Source: a virus
Lineage: Duplodnaviria; Caudoviricetes
Reading direction: 5' to 3' (one strand)
Length of the DNA: 64,000 nt
Virus record (IMG/VR): IMGVR_UViG_3300033463_000051
Coordinates: 37,083-101,082 of that record
In this document: piece by piece, positions 51,201 through 58,621 of the stretch
Layout of the letters: every line of letters starts with the position of its first letter
Position numbering within the stretch: the stretch's first letter is position 1
The notes under the pieces: generated by a model
Told to the model about the DNA's origin: nothing
The model's input: the letters and a program-made list of their open reading frames with translations, nothing else
Database searches by the model: none
Program-made: the position numbers and the translations under genes

Positions 51201-51597
51201 CGTTACCTTCTGTATAAAGCCCAACATATTTCACGAAAACCTCACCATTTTTAACCAATATAATATGTCCGTCGTCTTCTCCCCAGTCGTCCAGATAGAC
51301 GCAGGAACCTTCGTATGCAAATTCCATTGCCTTTTTGAAAATGTTGAACATAACCCTATACCATCCATATGAGGCATCAAAGTCTGCGATCATTGTTCCA
51401 TCATTTTCTATGTATGGGTTTTTACAGAGAACCCGAAAACAACTATATGGAGTTGTCATCTTCTCTTCTCCGATATCAAAGCGAGCCGATACTCCATTTT
51501 GCGACATTACATCGGAATAGATTGAGTTACAAAAGCCCGCTTCTTTTTCCTTGTCTTTAAAGATCAATTTCGCTACAACTGAATATGATGATCCCAT
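48273..51597 (-). other. Cluster of small hypothetical genes
   Basis: Contiguous short minus-strand ORFs, some Cys-rich (e.g. 49490-49750). Confidence 0.55.
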
Positions 51598-51622
51598 TAT
51601 TACACCTCTCTATTTTTGTTTT

Positions 51623-51910
51623 GGGTTTGTAATCTCCTATGTGGGCTGATGGCTTTAGTTGATTGCGAGGCGACGGGCATGTTCGCTCGGGATCGCTTGT
51701 TCCTACTGGTTGTTTGCCTGTAATACGCTGTAATACAGGTGGAGAACGTTGGGATTCCGTGGTGCTGGATCCTTAGCTGCTCCTTTCCCGAGACCTTTCC
51801 AGGTTTGGGAAGCGGCCGGCGTCTCTGGGCTTCCCTGCCTTTCCTCTACCATTTTGTTACTTCCGCTAACAGCGAAAGCACGGATTGCTCCGTTATACAT
51901 TACAAAACCC
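51623..51910 (-). ncRNA. Retron-like msr-msd ncRNA, copy 2 (immediately downstream of RT)
   Basis: Terminal IR gggtttgtaat (51623-51633)/attacaaaaccc (51899-51910); G at 51898; ACGGA-GCAA-UCCGU hairpin; conserved block at 51839-51879. Confidence 0.82.
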
Positions 51911-51921
51911 TATGGCTGAGA

Positions 51922-53064
51922 TTAACCTCTCAGCAGTTGTTTCATTGTTTGTGGGATGTTCACACTGAACTTATCCCCTATCTTCGTTACTATGTCGTCT
52001 ATTGCCGTGCCTTCGACCATGTGGTAATAATTACGAAGCCCCTCGAGATGCTGTACCTGTTCGAGAGGCCACGGATTGCCGTTTTTCGTATCCAGAGCAA
52101 ACGATGTGAGCATTGCCTGGAATTCCCTCTTCCTCTTTGAACCAATCGTTATCTTGTTGTCCTTATTCAGCATAACCCCAAGATTCCAATTCCTGCCTGC
52201 CGACGAACCATATCTTGTCTTTTCCGTCTTTATGGTGAATGGAGCGTCAAATCGCTTCAGTGCGTCTATAATAAACTGCTGAATCTTTCTAAAATCAAAC
52301 TCATATCTCGACGACACTATAAAGTCGTCTGCATATCTTGTATAAATATACCGCTGACGCTCGAGATCCCTGAACGCGTTTGCAAGACAATGGTCGATTG
52401 GAATCATCATTACGTTCGTTATAAGCGGAGAAATCGGAGTTCCCTGTGGCAGTCCGCCATTCAGAAAAGCCAGTTCTAATGCCTTGCTGAGTTCCTCTCT
52501 TCCGCTCCTATACCTCACCACTTCGGAGAACGGATATATCATTGAGAACATCTTCATCACAAACTCCGGCGTGGTGCTGCCGAAGAAGTTGGACAGGTCG
52601 AACTTGGCAAACCACTTGCTCTCATTTGCCTGGTGACGCTTGACCGCATCCAGTGTGGATCTTTTTCGAATATACGCAAATGCCGATGTATGATATAAAA
52701 CCTTGAACTTATTCTCAAAAATCGTTTTGAGCACGCGGAGTGCGTTCATTAGATCCTCATTCGGAGCGTCTATTTTTCTTAAACCGCCGCTCTTTTTGGG
52801 GATATAAAATTCCCTGTACAGGGCTTGACGCGGAACCTCCCGAAGCGGTTCTACCGAAGCGTTAAATCTTCGTAATGCCTCGATGAGTTCATATACATCT
52901 ATCCGTGAGCGAACCCTGTCACTCGGAGCATCTACCGTATACGTCCTTGTGTTTGTCATATTTGGATTATACGGCTCAAGACTAGCCGTCTCTGTTCCAA
53001 ACAGGAACTCTTCCAGGGACATCTGGTGATACATCGGCGGCTGTAAAACCGTTATATAAACCAT
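51922..53064 (-). CDS. Retron-type reverse transcriptase
   Basis: IPKKSGGLRKIDAP, AFAY, DAVKRH (region X-like), FDLSNFF, LPQGTPISP, YTRYADD, NLG (region Y-like). Start at 53064 behind SD aaggag; 380 aa; no fused domain. Confidence 0.88.
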   Translation of the reverse strand: MVYITVLQPPMYHQMSLEEFLFGTETASLEPYNPNMTNTRTYTVDAPSDRVRSRIDVYELIEALRRFNASVEPLREVPRQALYREFYIPKKSGGLRKIDAPNEDLMNALRVLKTIFENKFKVLYHTSAFAYIRKRSTLDAVKRHQANESKWFAKFDLSNFFGSTTPEFVMKMFSMIYPFSEVVRYRSGREELSKALELAFLNGGLPQGTPISPLITNVMMIPIDHCLANAFRDLERQRYIYTRYADDFIVSSRYEFDFRKIQQFIIDALKRFDAPFTIKTEKTRYGSSAGRNWNLGVMLNKDNKITIGSKRKREFQAMLTSFALDTKNGNPWPLEQVQHLEGLRNYYHMVEGTAIDDIVTKIGDKFSVNIPQTMKQLLRG

Positions 53065-53090
53065 GCCAAAAACCTCTCCTTTCAATAGTA

Positions 53091-53378
53091 TTTGTTTGCA
53101 ATGCATCTTAGAGTAATTACGATCCTTTTCCGGGTAAGATAAGAAGCCACCTCCTTATCGGAAGAAAAGTCAAGTATAAATTTGGCTTATTTGGGTTAGT
53201 TTTCGAGAAATCTTCCACCTTATTGCTGGACATCGCTACCCGACTGGGCAATTCTTCGAGTTCTTCAGGCGGAGCTGCGCGTTTCCTCCTTCTGGTCGTC
53301 TCTTCTTTCCTCTACCGTTTTGTTACTTCCGCTAACAGCGAAAGCCGTCCGAAGACAAATAGCCACTGCAAACTCAAA
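53091..53378 (-). ncRNA. Retron-like msr-msd ncRNA, copy 1 (canonical position upstream of RT)
   Basis: Terminal pairing GUUUGCAGUG/CAUUGCAAAC; G at 53363/53364; GUC-UUCG-GAC hairpin; conserved block at 53305-53345. Confidence 0.82.
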
Positions 53379-53420
53379 TTAAATCAATAGTAAAACTTGT
53401 TGTACCTAAATAATCAGCGA

Positions 53421-53672
53421 CTACGCTTTTGCGTACTTTTTCTCAACCATTACGTAGTTTCCGCGCTGATAGGTCTTTACGGGTATTCTTTCATTCTTGA
53501 TAATCTTGTCTACCGCCGCCTTGGCGAGTCTCGCTTCGTGCGTGTCGGTATACTCAAGAGACATGGTCTCTGCGTCGTGGTTTCCGGAAAACTCATGCAA
53601 CGCATCCCACTCCTGAGTGTATAGGTTGTACTTCCCTAAAATCGGGGTATTATACCCCACGCTTTTGAACAT
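53421..53672 (-). CDS. Small hypothetical protein upstream of the retron ncRNA
   Basis: 83-aa ORF with SD. Confidence 0.55.
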   Translation of the reverse strand: MFKSVGYNTPILGKYNLYTQEWDALHEFSGNHDAETMSLEYTDTHEARLAKAAVDKIIKNERIPVKTYQRGNYVMVEKKYAKA

Positions 53673-53820
53673 GATGCATCATCCTTTCAATCGTACTTTT
53701 TTGATCCATATATGTAATCGGGGAAAGCCCGTTGACCCTTTTCTCAGGAAGTTGCTGTCATATATTCGAAGACGAGCATCATAATCGTGCTCGTCAAAAT
53801 CTCGCCATTGCATTTACACC

Positions 53821-54498
53821 TCATCCCTCGAAACAATCAAGGATTCCGCTAAATCCGTCTATCTGAACAAACCGCCAATAACCTTCTCCCTTGACGAATT
53901 TTATGTAGTTGTTGACCACCATCGCACAGATCAAACGAATCGTGGTCGCCACTCCGAGAACGACCCCGCAAGCGGATACCGGAACCGCAGACTCCGCGTC
54001 TTCATTGGAAAACTGCATCGTGTTCAGCAAATCCTGCTTCGCGTTATAGTCATCCCATCTTGCCGCATAATGCTGTGCCCCTGTCAGCATCGTTCTGACA
54101 TCAAAAACCGCCACAACATCGAGGCAATCCTTGTGAAGTTCCACTATCTTCCTGCGAAGTTCGATATCGTCTACCGCAAGAAAGATATATCCGGACATCA
54201 GTTCGCCCTGCCAGCCCTTTGGCTTAAGCCTGAGAGAATCTGCTATGTCCGGATTGATGTCTACCAGGATGTCCCTGAGTGCTTCGACTTTCGTCTTGCC
54301 CAAATCCTGATTCCTGAACATCTGATTGACTATATTATGAGATTCGACCTTATCAAAATCCCACAGAGTCATCTTTGTGACTCCGCATCTTGCAAGGTTC
54401 TCCGCAATCGTTGAACCTACAGAACCACACCCGACGATATGTATGCGAGAAGTGTCTTTCTCGGGCTGAAAGAACTCGTAAGACTTACTTAGATCCAT
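53821..54498 (-). CDS. ThiF/E1-like adenylyltransferase
   Basis: IHIVGCGSVGS, DFDKVESHNIVNQ, KVEA, AVDD...R, SACG (candidate catalytic Cys). Confidence 0.9.
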   Translation of the reverse strand: MDLSKSYEFFQPEKDTSRIHIVGCGSVGSTIAENLARCGVTKMTLWDFDKVESHNIVNQMFRNQDLGKTKVEALRDILVDINPDIADSLRLKPKGWQGELMSGYIFLAVDDIELRRKIVELHKDCLDVVAVFDVRTMLTGAQHYAARWDDYNAKQDLLNTMQFSNEDAESAVPVSACGVVLGVATTIRLICAMVVNNYIKFVKGEGYWRFVQIDGFSGILDCFEG

Positions 54499-54513
54499 CT
54501 TTAAACCTCCCCA

Positions 54514-55050
54514 TTAAAATCCTACAAATCCGAAGTCTGTATCTTCGGTTTTGTCGCTATCAAAAACTGGCTGTTTTACAGGAATACCGTTGTACAGAAC
54601 AAATGCGTCCATGAAAAACTCGTTGAGTCCAAAATCTTCTGTCTCGGCGTTTTCTATCGCATATTCCGTGGGAACGGGCTCTTCGGGTTCGTGATATTCC
54701 ACGGGTTCTGAGGTTCCGTCCTCGTTGCCATCATCCCAAATCTCGTTCTCATCAGCCCATCCCAAGGCGTCCTCTTTGTAATAGTCAAAGTCATCATCGA
54801 CGCCATACCACTCGTCATATTCACTTATCCTGTAGTAACTATCCGAACTATCATCATAAAGAGAATTAAGCACATCGCGAAGATCCGTCCAGGTGTTTTC
54901 CCTTGCCCACTCTATCAAGTGATCTTCTATCCATTCGTCACGATAGTCGCTGTCGACAATATCATCACACACCCAACATCCGTATTCATTGCAGAAATCC
55001 TTTAATTTCCACCACTCATCAATTTCGTTGATAAAATATTCCCTTGTCAT
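54514..55050 (-). CDS. Highly acidic hypothetical protein
   Basis: Asp/Glu/Trp-rich 178 aa between the JAB and E1 genes. Confidence 0.6.
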   Translation of the reverse strand: MTREYFINEIDEWWKLKDFCNEYGCWVCDDIVDSDYRDEWIEDHLIEWARENTWTDLRDVLNSLYDDSSDSYYRISEYDEWYGVDDDFDYYKEDALGWADENEIWDDGNEDGTSEPVEYHEPEEPVPTEYAIENAETEDFGLNEFFMDAFVLYNGIPVKQPVFDSDKTEDTDFGFVGF

Positions 55051-55062
55051 GATTTTTCCTCC

Positions 55063-55989
55063 TTATCTCCAACTATTGTAGTACCCCGAAGAGTACCCGA
55101 AAGGCCCGTACGGATCGTCGTCATCCTCAAAATCGTCCGTGTAGTACGGTGAATGCCACGCATTCTTTGGCTTTTCGCTCTTATTCTTGTCCTTACGCTT
55201 ACCCTTACGCTTGGTTTCCTTCTCCTCTTTCTTCGGCGTTATGACCGGAAGCACCGAAGAACCCGCCGGAGCAGCGGCCGGCTTTGTGGATACCGTCGTT
55301 GTCGCAGCGGGTACTATGTTGGTTGTCTGTTTCGCATATGTATATGTCTTCGTACGAATCATTTCCTTGGCTGAATCGATAAATTCCTGCATACCCAGCC
55401 CGCCATCGATTATCTCTACCGTGCAATCTGCCGTTTCGAACAGCAGATTCTTCTGCAAGTCATAGATCTTTATCGTTTTCTCTCCACGCTTGTTCCAAAT
55501 CATGAAGATGTAGAACGTATCTCCGCTCATCTGGTCAAGAATCTTGCTATACATCGTGTTGTCCGTGCCGGAAGGTGTCGTTCCCATGTTCACATGCGAG
55601 TGCCCCTGCATTCTCAGATTGTGGAAAACCTCATCGGGCTGCTGAACCAGCCACATTGAGTACTCTTCCTCTATCGCATCGACTGTAGTGCCCGTGATTT
55701 CCTGCGGATATACCAAAATGTCCGAAATTATGTACTCATTTGCCTCTGGATCGTCGCCGCGTTTTGCAATTCCGTGCCAAGCGACCTCTTTGTCGAACTC
55801 CTGAATCAGAGTTTGCATCTTCAGCCATGCGATTTCCTCAAAAAGCACGGTTGCCTTGCATTTTTCATCGGAAAATGACTTCGTATACGTCACTTTTCCA
55901 TCGGACATCTTCGTTTCCGTAAGAGTTTTACGGAAATCCTCACACAAAGCGTCTATATATTCCTGTGTGAGCTTGATTGCCTTTGCCAT
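55063..55989 (-). CDS. JAB/MPN-domain metalloprotease
   Basis: EVAWHG...GHSHVNMGTTPSGTD, matching E...HxH-x7-S-x2-D. Confidence 0.85.
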   Translation of the reverse strand: MAKAIKLTQEYIDALCEDFRKTLTETKMSDGKVTYTKSFSDEKCKATVLFEEIAWLKMQTLIQEFDKEVAWHGIAKRGDDPEANEYIISDILVYPQEITGTTVDAIEEEYSMWLVQQPDEVFHNLRMQGHSHVNMGTTPSGTDNTMYSKILDQMSGDTFYIFMIWNKRGEKTIKIYDLQKNLLFETADCTVEIIDGGLGMQEFIDSAKEMIRTKTYTYAKQTTNIVPAATTTVSTKPAAAPAGSSVLPVITPKKEEKETKRKGKRKDKNKSEKPKNAWHSPYYTDDFEDDDDPYGPFGYSSGYYNSWR

Positions 55990-57462
55990 TTATAAATCCC
56001 CCTCTTTCATCATTCCATTTTCTTTCATATACGCTATTGCTTCTTTCGGAGTTGCCGTTGCTCCATCCGGAAGCTCGATGCATCTCTTCACTGTGTTACC
56101 GTCGATTCCGTACATCCTGCGCATAAACTCTTTCAGCACTGTCGAATCAGTAAAATTCAACGTCCTGCATGATGCGGCGCACTGTTCAATTGCCCCTACA
56201 TAATTATGTTGTCTTAAACATGATTCAACCGTGCTCGTATAATTACCTATGCACCCGAACCGATCTATATGAGGGTTAGACATACGGTCAAAGCAGTCAA
56301 CTCCATACGGATATCCCGTAAGAGGAACGATTCTGCCGGATATGTGTAACGTATATGCCGCACAAGTCTTTATCTTGAATTCCCTGTCGAGGAAAATCGT
56401 TCTCATTAAAGCCCGCATCTCTTTGACCGGTATAATGTTATTACATGCATTCCCGTTTGGCCTATAAATAAAACTTTCTAGGCTGTTTATGACGCTCTCG
56501 ACTTCATCCTCCTTGAAATACTCGAGATAATCCCGCACATAGAACGTCATTTCTCTTCCGTTTAACACATTTTCGAGTGTAAGTTTGGGATTTGCAACGA
56601 AATATGACATAAGTTCGGATTCTCCGGTGTCCATAGACAGTTTTGTCTCGATTCCGAGTATCCGGATATCACAATCTCGCTCTCTTGCGAGATAACTCCG
56701 AATTTCCTCAGTCAGAGAGTCTATGCGATATATGATATCTGCTTTTTCATTTTCCAACTTCTCCAGCTCAACGCGTTCGTAACTATTTTCGAACCCCTGC
56801 AGGAGAGTTTTTATCGCCGTCGCTCTTAAATCGCACAAACTTGCAAACTCTTCCATGCATTTCATGTAATTTTCTGAGGTTCCCTCCCGCAGAGACTCAA
56901 TAAGCCTCATTTCGAGTTCACTTGCCCCGTCTTTCGGGTCAAAATACCATGGGAGGAACGCAAAAATCCCGCACTGCAGATAATGCATCGTCTGAACCGA
57001 CATACTATCCACAAAAACGATCGTACTTTTGATCTTCGGGTTTACAAAGCATAACGTAATGAACTTTTTCCTAAAAAATGCCGTAACTTTCTCGACTCGA
57101 ACCCAATCTTTAAAAATTTCTGTAAATTTCTTCGTTATAAGATCGATTTGAGCCTCATTTCCGTTTGAGTCTCGACAATTCAGAGAGACAATCGTCAGAC
57201 GGTTTGGAATATCCACTGTACTGCCGACCATTGCTTGCAAAACGTCTTCGGCACTGCATCTGGCAACCGTTGAACTGTTATAACTTGAACTTGAGAAGCC
57301 CAAACTCAGCGCGTCCTCATCTTTTAGCCTCGGATAAACCAGTGCTCTCAGCGTACCAAGAAACGACCAGTCTCCGCTCCAGTCACAGCCGACTATTTTC
57401 CCAAACGCTGCGTTCGCAGTTACGGAAGTCAGCGGTGTCGCCCTGATTACATCTCTAAACAA
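55990..57462 (-). CDS. Coiled-coil protein with C-terminal prokaryotic E2-like domain
   Basis: C-terminal NPHIDRFGCIGNY...LN motif like the E2 HPH/HPN...C-x-G site; lies between Ubl and JAB. Confidence 0.6.
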   Translation of the reverse strand: MFRDVIRATPLTSVTANAAFGKIVGCDWSGDWSFLGTLRALVYPRLKDEDALSLGFSSSSYNSSTVARCSAEDVLQAMVGSTVDIPNRLTIVSLNCRDSNGNEAQIDLITKKFTEIFKDWVRVEKVTAFFRKKFITLCFVNPKIKSTIVFVDSMSVQTMHYLQCGIFAFLPWYFDPKDGASELEMRLIESLREGTSENYMKCMEEFASLCDLRATAIKTLLQGFENSYERVELEKLENEKADIIYRIDSLTEEIRSYLARERDCDIRILGIETKLSMDTGESELMSYFVANPKLTLENVLNGREMTFYVRDYLEYFKEDEVESVINSLESFIYRPNGNACNNIIPVKEMRALMRTIFLDREFKIKTCAAYTLHISGRIVPLTGYPYGVDCFDRMSNPHIDRFGCIGNYTSTVESCLRQHNYVGAIEQCAASCRTLNFTDSTVLKEFMRRMYGIDGNTVKRCIELPDGATATPKEAIAYMKENGMMKEGDL

Positions 57463-57492
57463 TCATAAACACCCCTTTTCAAATAAAAATCT

Positions 57493-57577
57493 TGGTGGGG
57501 GATGCCGGATTCGAACCGGCACGGGAAACCCCACGGGATTTTAAGTCACGTTTGTCTACCAATTCCATCAATCCCCC
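57493..57577 (-). tRNA. tRNA-Leu(UAA)
   Basis: Cloverleaf with long variable arm; anticodon loop CUUAAAA; encoded CCA; one anticodon-stem mismatch. Confidence 0.88.
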
Positions 57578-57582
57578 ATGAG

Positions 57583-57606
57583 GAAGCCCGCCATTCGGCG
57601 GGCTTC
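57583..57606. terminator. GC-rich hairpin downstream of the Ubl gene
   Basis: gaagcccgcc-attc-ggcgggcttc. Confidence 0.55.
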
Positions 57607-57612
57607 GTTTAA

Positions 57613-57858
57613 TTAGGCGTTTTTCGCCTCAACCACATTGGTGAGGAATACCGCAGATCCGTCCAGACCGAGTTCAGCAAAGGACTTGCCGAACTGATCG
57701 CGAGGAACAAGGCGACCATTTATCGCCCAACCGCCCTTGGATACGTCGAAACCGCTGTTGGTTCCGTAATCGGCGAGAACCTCGTTGACTGTCTTATCCG
57801 CACTGATTATTGTCTGCGGAGTCCTGTCGAGAGTTGTGGAAACTACGATTTTAATCAT
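57613..57858 (-). CDS. Ubiquitin-like (beta-grasp) protein
   Basis: 81 aa; strand-strand-helix-'INGRLV'-'KSFAELGL'-strand pattern with free tail AKNA; clustered with E2/JAB/E1. Confidence 0.7.
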   Translation of the reverse strand: MIKIVVSTTLDRTPQTIISADKTVNEVLADYGTNSGFDVSKGGWAINGRLVPRDQFGKSFAELGLDGSAVFLTNVVEAKNA

Positions 57859-57901
57859 GATTCATTCTCCTTTTCATTAAATATAATATGTATAATTTGT
57901 T

Positions 57902-57923
57902 GGGGCGCCCGAAAGGGCGCCCC
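57902..57923. terminator. GC-rich hairpin
   Basis: ggggcgccc-gaaa-gggcgcccc. Confidence 0.55.
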
Positions 57924-57930
57924 TTTCACA

Positions 57931-58332
57931 TCACGCTACCGTGATGTTTGCGAGGATAGCAGCCTTCTCGGCAGCAATCTCCGCCAGAACCGCGGGAACC
58001 CTCTCCTCAATCTTATTGAGGTTCAGGATGGCTACGCCAAGTTCCTCGGCAACAGCCTCACGGATGTCATCAACATCTCCTGCGTTGTTCAGAAGAGTGA
58101 TGGTGGCAAATTTGTTCTCATCGTGGGTTTCCCCACCAAACTCAGCAGAGAACCTGCCGATAGAACCCGGATTCCTGTTGGTCGTACCAATGCAGAAAAC
58201 CGCATCCTTGTCATCTTCGCCGCCCATGAGAACAAGAGCGTCCGGACGATACTTGCCGACTGTCTGGATGTCATCCAGCGTCAGTTCGGAAGTGATGACT
58301 ATCGCCTCACCTACGATCGTTACTTTTGCCAT
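57931..58332 (-). CDS. Hypothetical protein upstream of Ubl
   Basis: Strong SD; C-terminal amphipathic helix. Confidence 0.65.
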   Translation of the reverse strand: MAKVTIVGEAIVITSELTLDDIQTVGKYRPDALVLMGGEDDKDAVFCIGTTNRNPGSIGRFSAEFGGETHDENKFATITLLNNAGDVDDIREAVAEELGVAILNLNKIEERVPAVLAEIAAEKAAILANITVA

Positions 58333-58402
58333 GTACATGACTCCTTTCAATTCTTGGGTTTTTAACCCTTTTATATAACAAGACCCTCATTGGTCGTGCT
58401 AC

Positions 58403-58621
58403 CTATATTTTGTGGAAGGAATCCTCGCCCAAAACCAGCCCGAGTCTTCTTCCGTTATCGAAATTGCAGTGAACCGTGCCGATATCGTCTACGTTGACTA
58501 CCGTTCCCTGTGTTCCCGAAGGAATGGGACGTGGATCATATCCCATATAGTCAACAACTATCCTGCTGCCGATGGGATATCTCTCGCGGATTCGCTCAAC
58601 CTCCCTATGATCTATGAACAT
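58403..58621 (-). CDS. DUF4314-like protein
   Basis: YPIGSRI...PIPSGTQGTVVNVDDIGTVHCNFDNGRRLGL. Confidence 0.7.
   Translation of the reverse strand: MFIDHREVERIRERYPIGSRIVVDYMGYDPRPIPSGTQGTVVNVDDIGTVHCNFDNGRRLGLVLGEDSFHKI

Noticed and set aside
51922-53064. RT as part of a diversity-generating retroelement
   Set aside because: No TR/VR pair differing at adenines and no Avd-like gene were seen. The repeats are non-coding and the motifs are retron-like.
53065-53106. RT start at 53106 as given in the ORF track
   Set aside because: That ATG lies in the ncRNA terminal repeat region. ATG 53064 has a properly spaced SD.
46338-53345. 41-nt repeats as a CRISPR array
   Set aside because: The copies are kilobases apart rather than separated by 30-40 nt spacers, and there is no cas operon.
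51600-53400. RT as a group II intron maturase
   Set aside because: The protein is short with no maturase/endonuclease extension, no domain V-like hairpin was seen, and no interrupted gene flanks it.
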